A DNA stretch of 63,881 nucleotides, filler included, from an uncultured Ignavibacteriales bacterium (GTDB lineage: Bacteria; Zixibacteria; MSB-5A5; GN15; JAAZOE01): NCBI GenBank assembly GCA_964611355.1. It is 3 parts of 3 records of this genome, joined end to end, with 100 filler letters (N's around TTAATTAATTAA, not from the genome) between each part and the next. Parts side by side here need not be neighbours in the genome. Positions count along the whole stretch, not along the records: positions 23,526 to 46,438 come from CAZSYD010000037.1; 2 more parts are not named here. One strand, written 5' to 3'. Positions within the stretch are counted from its first letter, which is position 1. Each line of letters begins with the position of its first letter. Both the position numbers and the translations under genes were made by a program. The notes under the pieces were generated by a model that was not told the origin of the DNA, searched no databases, and saw nothing but the letters and a program-made list of their open reading frames with translations. Shown here in pieces: positions 29,739-38,584 of this stretch.

Positions 29739-31865
29739 TTATTCGGGAGCGGTGAAGGTTACATTGGCCGTCATTACCAAACCGCCGCTGTAGGTGGGAT
29801 CATTGTCTACGACTGTAATGATAGCTTTGGTGTCTGGAACCTCGCCATCCTCGGGTGGCGGCGCAGCGGGGGCATCCAGACGAAGGCCAAACGCTTCGCC
29901 GTATGTATTGGTCGATGCGGTCGCGACGGACATTGTGCCGACGCTGACAGTCGCGGATACCGAATGGTCGCCCAGTGGGTTTCCGTATCGATCTTTGATC
30001 ACCACGCGCACGGGAACATTGGCGGTGCTGTAAGGAATGATAGCTTCAGTTGTGACCGTAGAGTTACTATAATAAGACGAAGACGTGGATAGTGTACAGA
30101 CAATCGACGACTGGACGAATCCCGATTTTGCCGTAATTACATCAATAGCGCCGATTCCATTATCGGTGCCGCCGGTCATGGAATAATCCAGGTCCAGAAC
30201 CGGGGCAGTATATTTGCCGTCAAAAAACGAGGCATGACATCCGTCGGCGGTGGTCCCTTCGGTAGCTGATCCAAACAAGGTTGCCATTTTTACAATAGTG
30301 CCGTTGACGACAAAGTGGCTATTAATATCAAGCACTTCGACGTAGAAGAAGGCTTGGGATTTACCGTTGGCCGTGAGATTCTTCGGCGACATGATCATAT
30401 TAACTATGGCCGGCATACCGCTGTTCCAGAAAAAGGTGGAATCGATGAGGGTTCCGCCCGAAGTTTCGGCCCATACCCAGACTTCACCATTGCCCATTGG
30501 ATCGCCGGTTCGGAACGGGACAGATGTAACGCCGCTGGAATCGCCGGTTATGTTGTAGGAGTTCACGCTCCCTTCATCACAGGTGAAATAAACGACCACC
30601 GAATCCTGAACCGGGTTTTTGTAGAAATCAGAAACAACGGCGACAATCTCGTTTTCCACGTTGACCTTGTTCCAGCCCGGGATGTTGCAGTCCACGGCGC
30701 CTACGGCGATATAATAGGGCGGCCCAGCATAGACGGCCAGGAAGGTGGCGTTGGAAAGAACAGTACCGGAGCTGGCATAAAGACGCATGGTTCCGGAAAT
30801 GGTTCCAGACCAGATCGGCACTGTGGCGACGCCGTTGGAATTTGTCCGGGCGATTACCGGCCCCAGACCCTGTTCGGCAATATTCTCGCCGCCGCCGGGC
30901 CCGTCGGTTATGATAAAGTTCACATCCAGTCCTTCGGGGACGGTATTGCCGTTGACGTCGTAGCAAATTGCGTACAGGTTGGTGGTCTCGATGCCGCCGG
31001 TATGGCGCACCTGGATACCCTGAATTTCGGTTGAAAGCGCAATAGAATTTACGGAGGCGTTGGGCGTCAACTGCACCGATGCCTCGACGGAACCGTCAAA
31101 ATCGCCGCCTTCGGTCACGGTAGCCTTGATATACGCTGTCGTAGCTTCAACGCCGGCAGTATAGGAAACCACCGTGGAACCGGCCTCGGTGTAGGCAATT
31201 GCCGGAATAAAACCAATCGGGTCCCAGATGTCATTGGCGTTGTAATCGAATACCAGTGAATCAACCCCACTGGAGAAGTAGCCGTTGCCGTCAACATCGA
31301 CAAACTTTTCACCGGCGGTCATCTTTACTATGGTTGAATCGGGAGCCGGATTTTCGTTGGTATCCTGTACCCTGACGATCACCGTGGCGCTGGATGTGTC
31401 GTCGGCCGTAAGAAGCGTCGGCGTAACCGAGATACTCAGATTGCCGGTGGACTGCTGGCCGCCGGTCGAGACGCTGACATTGACATATTTCGTTTCCGCT
31501 CCCGTGGCCGAAGCGCCAAGCGATAGATTTCCCGTTTGCGTGGCGGTAAAGATCGTGCCGGCGATACCATTGCTGTCGGTGGTTGTCGTGGCGGGCGTAA
31601 AGTTGCCTCCAGATCCGACAAAAGTAATCTGCAAGCCCTCGATCGGATCTGACTGCGCATCGGTGGCTATCACCTCGATTACAGTGGTTCCGCCTTCCGT
31701 AAGCGATGAAGGCGAGGCCGTCGGCTGGCTCAAATATACGTCGTATTCATCACCGCCGCCGGAGGGCGTCCGCTTACTCTCGCATCCAACCAGTAGAATT
31801 AATCCCAGCAGCAACCCCCCCAGGCAGACCATAGGTACTCGACGAGTTTTGGAATGAAGAGACAT
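29739..31865 (-). CDS. Large lipoprotein with multiple invasin/intimin-type Ig-like (Big_1) domains
   Basis: Lipobox LVGC; repeated V.D...NP...V.F and T..NG.A motifs; Thr/Ser/Gly/Val-rich beta composition. Confidence 0.75.
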   Translation of the reverse strand: MSLHSKTRRVPMVCLGGLLLGLILLVGCESKRTPSGGGDEYDVYLSQPTASPSSLTEGGTTVIEVIATDAQSDPIEGLQITFVGSGGNFTPATTTTDSNGIAGTIFTATQTGNLSLGASATGAETKYVNVSVSTGGQQSTGNLSISVTPTLLTADDTSSATVIVRVQDTNENPAPDSTIVKMTAGEKFVDVDGNGYFSSGVDSLVFDYNANDIWDPIGFIPAIAYTEAGSTVVSYTAGVEATTAYIKATVTEGGDFDGSVEASVQLTPNASVNSIALSTEIQGIQVRHTGGIETTNLYAICYDVNGNTVPEGLDVNFIITDGPGGGENIAEQGLGPVIARTNSNGVATVPIWSGTISGTMRLYASSGTVLSNATFLAVYAGPPYYIAVGAVDCNIPGWNKVNVENEIVAVVSDFYKNPVQDSVVVYFTCDEGSVNSYNITGDSSGVTSVPFRTGDPMGNGEVWVWAETSGGTLIDSTFFWNSGMPAIVNMIMSPKNLTANGKSQAFFYVEVLDINSHFVVNGTIVKMATLFGSATEGTTADGCHASFFDGKYTAPVLDLDYSMTGGTDNGIGAIDVITAKSGFVQSSIVCTLSTSSSYYSNSTVTTEAIIPYSTANVPVRVVIKDRYGNPLGDHSVSATVSVGTMSVATASTNTYGEAFGLRLDAPAAPPPEDGEVPDTKAIITVVDNDPTYSGGLVMTANVTFTAPE

Positions 31866-31998
31866 ATTCTCTCCTTGTATATTTTGGTTTTAAATTCTCA
31901 CTAATTGCGGTGAGTTGCCGCTTACTGCTTATTCCTTCCAAATCCGGAAAACCCCTGCCGGGGCTGGGGGTTCATAACCTCTCTTGCAGTCTCGGCGT

Positions 31999-33315
31999 CT
32001 ACGGAGTCTCCGGTTCGACTGACGCGTAATCGTCCACTATCGTCGGCGTAACAAAAATCACCAGGTCACGGTTTTCGATACGTTTGTTAGTGTAACTGAA
32101 AAAGTGACCGATTATGGGGATATCCATCAGGATCGGCACTCCGACCTTGGATTCCACCTCATCCTGGGTCGTTAATCCGCCGATGACGGCGGTCTGCCCG
32201 TTTTCAACGACTACGTTAGTTTCGGCGTTATTGGTGTTTATAATGACGCCATTAGGGTCAAATTCAAAGGTTGATCGCTCCGGCACCAGATGCATCAGTA
32301 CCCTGTTCTCCGAGGTAATGTGCGGTGTTACTCTCAGAAGGGTCCCGACCTCTTCGAAAGTAACAACGGTATTCCCCGATTCGTCGAACTGCTTGATCGG
32401 AATCTTCTGCCCCATTTGTATGGTCGCCTCGGAATTATCTATCGTCGTAATTTCCGGATGCGCTATAATCTTGCCGTTGCCTTCATCGACCAGAGCGGAT
32501 ATTCTGGCCGCCAGATCCCAGCCGGACTGAATGGTGGTAATCCTGAAATCCAATGGAGCCGGTTGAACGAGCAGATCAAGGTTCTGCTCCGTGGTATGTC
32601 TGGTCTCCCGCACCGTCGCCGCGGTGACTGGATCGACAACGTCGCCACCGCTGGCTCCGTTAAACGTCCAGTCGATACCCAGCTCGGTTAATGAACTGGA
32701 GCTGACCTCGAGTAACTGCGCCGAAATCCTGATCTGTCTTGGAGGTTGGTCAAGTTCTTCAATGTATTTGATCACCTTGTCGATATTATCCGGTATCTCC
32801 TGTAACACTATCGAGTTGGTCCGCGTATCTGCTGATACCTGCCCCCGGGACGAAAGGAGTGACTTTACTGCACCCACCACACTGCCGGCGGTTGAATTGC
32901 TTATTCTAATAATTCTGGTTTCCAGCCCGACCAGTGTCGTCTGTTCTTTCTGGTACTTTTTCTGATCGGTCGTCTCGGCACGGTAATCGGAAGCCGGCAG
33001 AATCCGGATGTATCCTTCTTCCTCAAAGACAATGGCCAGATCATAAGTTCGACCGATTATTTCCATTGCCTGCTGCCAGGTAACATTGCTAAGCGAAATA
33101 GTGACATTCCCTTCGACAGACGGAGCTACCACCACGTTCACGTTACCGTAGTCGGCCAGAAATCGAATCACCGACCTGATTTCAGCGGCTTGGAAATTCA
33201 GGTTTTTGATCGGCTCCGAGGGATCGCCAGTCTCACCATAAGAAACACCCGCCGATATCAGCAAAACCAGCATCGCGCCGATGCCTATCAGTCTATTTTT
33301 CCCGGTCTTTGCCAT
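31999..33315 (-). CDS. pilQ: Type IV pilus secretin PilQ (short form without AMIN domains)
   Basis: N0/STN-like domain, D.RTNS, secretin motifs L.VTPHIT, GQTAVIGG, GVP.L.DIP.IG.FF, LVIFVTP.IV. Confidence 0.9.
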   Translation of the reverse strand: MAKTGKNRLIGIGAMLVLLISAGVSYGETGDPSEPIKNLNFQAAEIRSVIRFLADYGNVNVVVAPSVEGNVTISLSNVTWQQAMEIIGRTYDLAIVFEEEGYIRILPASDYRAETTDQKKYQKEQTTLVGLETRIIRISNSTAGSVVGAVKSLLSSRGQVSADTRTNSIVLQEIPDNIDKVIKYIEELDQPPRQIRISAQLLEVSSSSLTELGIDWTFNGASGGDVVDPVTAATVRETRHTTEQNLDLLVQPAPLDFRITTIQSGWDLAARISALVDEGNGKIIAHPEITTIDNSEATIQMGQKIPIKQFDESGNTVVTFEEVGTLLRVTPHITSENRVLMHLVPERSTFEFDPNGVIINTNNAETNVVVENGQTAVIGGLTTQDEVESKVGVPILMDIPIIGHFFSYTNKRIENRDLVIFVTPTIVDDYASVEPETP

Positions 33316-33342
33316 CTGATTTATCCTCGCTCTCTATAGTCT

Positions 33343-35093
33343 CTATTCTTCTTCAAGGGTCTTGGCCAGGGTGCGGGTCCAACCGTACTCATTGATTTGG
33401 AAATAAATGCCATCATCCGTGATTTGAGCCACGTAGCCGTTTTTGACCTTGTCACCCGGTTTCAGAATATATCCAATACCGTCAATATCTTCCAAAAGAG
33501 CCGCGCTTTTCCCCGCCGCTGACTTAAGAACGCCAACCAGAGACAAGGTCTCGACATTTGGTATCTTGTCGATGCTGATACTTCCTTTGCCCGATGCGCC
33601 CTTACCAAAAAGAGTTTTGAACGGATCCCGGGAAACGCCGTTATACTTGATTACAATGCGCTGCGGGAACCGGACGACCTGAGTCTGTTTCATCCGCTGC
33701 GACTTGGCGGCGCTGCGGCGATAGCGTGAGGTTTTTTTATCGGCCGGCAGTCGATCAGTTTTAGCCGCCTTCTGATCAACCTGTGCCAGCGTCGCTATCG
33801 GCCCCTTACCCGAGTCGCTGCCTTTCAGGCGCGCTTTGTCTTTATCGCTTCCATCCGGAGCAGCATCCGGTTTGGGACCGATCTCCACCGAAACCGACTT
33901 CTCTTCATTCGATGATTTACTTGATGCCTTCTTATGGACATCCCTGATTTCGACGCCTAGAATCCTGCCGGGAATTGGGGGTTTGTTGTGATCTTCATCG
34001 ACAACGGCCAATTCCTTCGCCTTTTGATCCGACTGATCGGCAACACCCTTATTGGAATTCGAAGATTTCTTCTTTACGGCAGCTACCCCGGTTTGCGCAG
34101 GCCGGTTTTCCTGAGGCTTGAAGTCTTTGGGCAGAATGGGGCCATAAACCTGATCGCTCGGTTGCGGGGCGGAAGCAACGACAGGCGACGGTTTTTCCAT
34201 CTTTTNNNNNNNNNNNNNNNNNNNNNNNNNNNNNNNNNNNNNNNNNNNNNNNNNNNNNNNNNNNNNNNNNNNNNNNNNNNNNNNNNNNNNNNNNNNNNNN
34301 NNNNNTTCTGCCTTAATTTAGGCTGAGGCTTCGCCTTTTCGGGTAAACGAGGCCCATATGACTCGCTGTTTCCAGAAACAGGTATTTTAACAAACTCGGT
34401 CGATGCCGGGGCGGCGCTCGTTTCAGATGTCTTCTTCTTTGTTTCCTGTCCTTTTATAATAGATGGCTTCTTTACAATCGTTTTATTCTCGGCAGGCGGG
34501 GTTTTGTATTTGTACTGAATAGGTATCGGTTTTCCGCCGATAGAGGCCGCTACCGATTGATTATCAGGCTCCTGCGGTATCTGACCGGCGGCTTTTACAT
34601 TGACTTCCAAACCGGTTGTCTTTGTCAGGCTCTGCGGCTTTTCATCAGGGCGCTCGCTTGTCCATTGCATCAATGACAACGTTTCGGGATCAGAAATTAA
34701 GACCCTGACGACATTTCCTTCGGTTTCAACCCGATAGACCGACTCTTTGGTCAGGTCAAGTACCACGCGAACGACTTCCTCCGGCTTGACGGAGTATTGT
34801 GAGGTCCGAACAGAGCTAATAATCGACTTCGGCAGATTGGTGAATTCCTTTTGAGACAGTTTGTGTTGGGCGGCCAGACAATCGACGACAATCCGGAAAG
34901 GTTTACCTTCCACGGCTTCTACCGACTGATGGGCGACACGGGCCGGCCCGTCGCCATAAATGGATAAAACCGTATGGGTTCCCTCGTGCGTCAGGCCCAG
35001 CCGGGAAATATGACTGGCCCCCGCCAAAGACGCCGCGGCCGCAAAAAGGATCAATATCGCCAGCAGTGGAGATGTCTTGTATCTATATAACAT
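33343..35093 (-). CDS. AMIN-domain / PilP-like protein interrupted by a sequencing gap
   Basis: 5' part: signal peptide and AMIN domain (PFRIVVD, VR.SQY...VVRVVLDL). 3' part: PilP-like RDPF, L.LVGV, G.GYI.K.GD. Pro/Lys/Ser-rich linker on both sides of the gap; sits between pilO and pilQ. Confidence 0.65.
34206..34305. other. Scaffold gap (100 N, no linker)
   Basis: N run inside the low-complexity linker; true length unknown. Confidence 0.97.
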
Positions 35094-35107
35094 CAGATCT
35101 TCTCCGC

Positions 35108-35713
35108 TTATATTTCAAGCTCCTGGAGCCGCTCTTCCGCTTTGACATAATAGGTTGACAACGTAAACGTGGCCTTAATCGTCGGTTCTTCCATACCCAG
35201 CTTGGGACCGACTTTTACTATTCTGGAATCTTCCGGCGTCTCGATATTCATGTTGTTGATATTTACGATAAACGGAAAGTTGGCCATATAACCTACGAAT
35301 TTGCCGAAGTCATTGTAGGTACCTACCAGATTAACCTCGAAATCGACAACATTATAGAAAGACTCCGACCGGGGCGGCATCGGTCTGATAGAGATAATCT
35401 TGGTTCCGGTCAGCGATGAAGCGGTATGAAGCTGTACCAGAAACGAAGGAACCATTTTGACTTCCGGCAATAATTGCTCGATTTCGCGATACTTGACCAG
35501 AAGATTTTCATATTCGGCCCGCAGCGCCTCCAGTGATTTGGACTTCATCTCAACATTTCGGAGATTGACAATCATTGACTGATATTCGCCCCGCCTGGCT
35601 TCGATCTGATTAGCCTGGCCGGAGTAAACCCGCGAATACCAGAAATAGACCAGGATGAAAAAGACCACGCATGCGATCGCTATTTTTTGAACCTTAGGAT
35701 CTCTGAAATCCAT
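35108..35713 (-). CDS. pilO: Type IV pilus alignment protein PilO
   Basis: N-terminal TM, coiled coil, LLP...VP, G.Y.DFGKF; follows pilN. Confidence 0.88.
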   Translation of the reverse strand: MDFRDPKVQKIAIACVVFFILVYFWYSRVYSGQANQIEARRGEYQSMIVNLRNVEMKSKSLEALRAEYENLLVKYREIEQLLPEVKMVPSFLVQLHTASSLTGTKIISIRPMPPRSESFYNVVDFEVNLVGTYNDFGKFVGYMANFPFIVNINNMNIETPEDSRIVKVGPKLGMEEPTIKATFTLSTYYVKAEERLQELEI

Positions 35714-35737
35714 ATTGCCTGATCTCCCTTAAAATCC

Positions 35738-36415
35738 CTAAAAGCTGGCCAGTAAATCGGCGCCAGATTGCTTTTCCAAAATCTTTTTTAACTCCTCGTC
35801 GGACAGATAGTGCAAAGTAGCCGACAATTCATAACGGTACGCTCTCTGTTCCTGGAACTCCTCTTCTTCAACTCTGGTCATTTCGATATCGCTGAAAAAA
35901 TTGGAACGCATCAGCTTTATCATGAAATTGGCCAGCGAATTCAGCGTGAAAGAGTACCCGCGGATTTCAACCGACCTGGTCAATCCGTCATCGGTACCCG
36001 GCGCAACAGCGGAATCGGCCTTTTTGGCGGGCTTATTTTCGACCTCGTTAAGTTGGCTTAACCATGCAAATTCCGGGACACGCCGAGTTACATCCTCAAG
36101 AATTCTTACCCAAACGGTACGGTGGCGATCGAGCCTATCGACCGCCTCCATTCGCTGCATAATCTTTCCCTTGACTTCGATAAGGGCATCCACAACCGCG
36201 ATATCTTTCTGCAATTGCTGTGTCCGATAACGAGCAACCGCGATCTTATTGTCCAGTTCTTTGATTTGATATATCTGGTATATCGTAATCAGGGCAATCA
36301 TACAGATTACGCCGACGGTGACAACAATAGCATAATAACCGGTTTTACCAAACTGCAACCCGCCCGTTTTCCTGCGAAACTCCCTGGGCAGAAGATTTAT
36401 TTGTATCATATCCAT
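35738..36415 (-). CDS. pilN: Type IV pilus alignment protein PilN
   Basis: IQINLLP PilM-binding motif, TM, coiled coil. Confidence 0.9.
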   Translation of the reverse strand: MDMIQINLLPREFRRKTGGLQFGKTGYYAIVVTVGVICMIALITIYQIYQIKELDNKIAVARYRTQQLQKDIAVVDALIEVKGKIMQRMEAVDRLDRHRTVWVRILEDVTRRVPEFAWLSQLNEVENKPAKKADSAVAPGTDDGLTRSVEIRGYSFTLNSLANFMIKLMRSNFFSDIEMTRVEEEEFQEQRAYRYELSATLHYLSDEELKKILEKQSGADLLASF

Positions 36416-36418
36416 GAT

Positions 36419-37471
36419 CTATCCCTCTTTCCTCATCGCCATGCCGATCGGCACTGCCAGAAGAGGAGCGATCTTTTCCGGCTCCAAACCCTCCAGTCTT
36501 TCCGGATCATACTCGACGTTGCGGAGCGGATTAAAAATCTCCAGCGGAATCTGCAATTTCGATTGCATATATTCGGGCAGATACGGAATCAAAGCGCCGC
36601 CCCCGGAAAGCGCCATCCAGTCAATAGTATCCGTTTTAGCCTGCGACTTGAAATAGTTAAAAGCCATTTCCAGACCGTTTATCACTTCCTCGGCGGCTGA
36701 TATGATGGTTGACTTGAGCATATCCTGGTCAATAGACTCATCCATTTGTCCCTGGATCGCCTTGGTAGTCAATTCGTGATTGAGACGAAATTCATGCTGA
36801 ATAGAGTTGAATATTGATCGCGCTCCGACGGAAAGGTCGCGGGTGGAGTGATAGTACCCGTCGTGGATGTATAATACATTGGTCACGTCCTGTCCAAGAT
36901 CGACCAAAACCGTTGTGCGATTGGGATCGACCTCATAGTTGTTGACATAGGCGTTATACACGGCAAAAGCATCGGTATCGACAGCTATCGGATTGAACCC
37001 GCTGTCATTAATCATGGTCAGATAGCCTTCCAAAAACTCTTTCCGGGCCGCTACCAGCAAGACCTCCATCTTATTGGTCTCTTCATTCAAGCGGATGACA
37101 TGATGGTCAAGAGCTACGTCTTCGACGTCAAAGGGCGAACGCTGCTCAGCCTCAAACAGAATGGCCTGTTCGGCTTCGGCGCCGGTCTTTTTATCGATAA
37201 CCAGCTTATCGGTAATCAGAGCGTGCCCGGATAAGGAGACAATAACATCCTTGGACGTTGAGTCGCATTCATCCATAACCGATTGAATGTTAAACATCAC
37301 CGCTTCTCGGTCACGAATTTCGTCCGAGACTATCGCCTCAGGAGGTAACTCCCTGATCGCCATGGAATTCAGGATATAACCACCTTTGTTGTGGTTGAGC
37401 TTAACCATCTTGATTGAATTGGCGCCTACGTCGAGCCCAACGGCGCTTTTGTGGCCTCGTGAGAAAAACAT
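36419..37471 (-). CDS. pilM: Type IV pilus actin-like protein PilM
   Basis: VGLDVG..SIK, VLLVAA, LVDLG..T, LSGGGA, NPL. Confidence 0.92.
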   Translation of the reverse strand: MFFSRGHKSAVGLDVGANSIKMVKLNHNKGGYILNSMAIRELPPEAIVSDEIRDREAVMFNIQSVMDECDSTSKDVIVSLSGHALITDKLVIDKKTGAEAEQAILFEAEQRSPFDVEDVALDHHVIRLNEETNKMEVLLVAARKEFLEGYLTMINDSGFNPIAVDTDAFAVYNAYVNNYEVDPNRTTVLVDLGQDVTNVLYIHDGYYHSTRDLSVGARSIFNSIQHEFRLNHELTTKAIQGQMDESIDQDMLKSTIISAAEEVINGLEMAFNYFKSQAKTDTIDWMALSGGGALIPYLPEYMQSKLQIPLEIFNPLRNVEYDPERLEGLEPEKIAPLLAVPIGMAMRKEG

Positions 37472-37659
37472 AAGCTCTCTTCTTTTTAGGTCGTTTCTTA
37501 TCCTATTACTATATCGTCCGCTCCGGCGATTTATTTACCGGATTTGACATTCTTGCCATGGTACCTTTTTGCACGGCCGGTAACGTTGTCTATTTATTTC
37601 GGCACTATAGGACGATTTCTTTACTCTGACTGTATTCTATTCAAACACAATAAATTAAA

Positions 37660-37686
37660 GGGCTTCATCATAATAAGATGAAGCCC
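37660..37686 (-). terminator. Probable terminator after the prepilin gene
   Basis: Perfect 10-bp stem GGGCTTCATC/GATGAAGCCC followed by T-rich sequence on the minus strand. Confidence 0.65.
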
Positions 37687-37726
37687 CTGGAGGACGAGAA
37701 GGAGGGAGCAAAATTCGTTGGGGATT

Positions 37727-38257
37727 TTAAGAACTTTCTATACTTGCCAATCTGGTCCGCCCGGTCGCCGCCAGCACCTCTATCGTGCCCCAATCCACAT
37801 CATCTTTCTCACTATAGGCTAAGAAATATAAGTTAGTGGTTATGGAGGCAGTACCGTTTGGCATATAGACTATAGCGGAACCGTTGCTGGGGTTTTCCGG
37901 ATCGTAAATTTCAGTATAGACACTGGAAAAATTCCTGGGCAAAGTGTCAACCGAAATGACCGAATCACCGGGTTCGAAGCCATATGAGGTCGGGTTTTGG
38001 ATATTAACGAACATTGTCATGGTCGTACCCTCATCATCAAAATAAACCCCGACCTGTTTTTTCTGGGATATGGCGTTGGAACGGGCCAGCCTCATGAGTG
38101 ATACCATATGCCGAGCCGTATTACGCACCCGCAACCTGTGTATGGTCGTCTCGAATTTCGGGAAAGACATAGTGGCGACAACACCGATAATAACCACGAT
38201 GCACATCATCTCGATGAGCGTAAAACCATTCCTGTTTGATATATGTCTCATAACCAT
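37727..38257 (-). CDS. Prepilin-type N-methylation protein (FimT/GspH-like minor pilin)
   Basis: RNG|FTLIEM class III signal, hydrophobic helix, LARSNAI and Y.PNG motifs. Confidence 0.88.
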   Translation of the reverse strand: MVMRHISNRNGFTLIEMMCIVVIIGVVATMSFPKFETTIHRLRVRNTARHMVSLMRLARSNAISQKKQVGVYFDDEGTTMTMFVNIQNPTSYGFEPGDSVISVDTLPRNFSSVYTEIYDPENPSNGSAIVYMPNGTASITTNLYFLAYSEKDDVDWGTIEVLAATGRTRLASIESS

Positions 38258-38313
38258 ACCCGCCTTGATTAGGGTGTTCAGTTAGTCACGTGTCAATAAC
38301 TCACTCGTGGGAA

Positions 38314-38329
38314 TGCAAGCAAAATGCCG
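38314..38329 (-). promoter_or_regulatory. Putative sigma54 (-24/-12) promoter of the prepilin gene
   Basis: CGGCATTTTGCTTGCA on the minus strand, with exact GG-N10-GC spacing, 57 nt upstream of the start. Confidence 0.6.
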
Positions 38330-38584
38330 TCTGGAAAATATCTTGCTTAAAAAAAGCTCTCTTATCTTAACTCGCGAAAAGACAACATGATACATTATGT
38401 TGACAGCAACGATTCAGAAAGAAACCGACCGCCGAAAAAGCCGAATATATGGGATGATTCCAACAGGTATCGGCCATTATCAATTATTCAATTGACAAAA
38501 TCCATATTTTCCATAATTTTCGGAGCAGAGGACAGTTTTACCTGCCGATGATAACTTAATAACACATAAGATGAAAGGCCTGCC

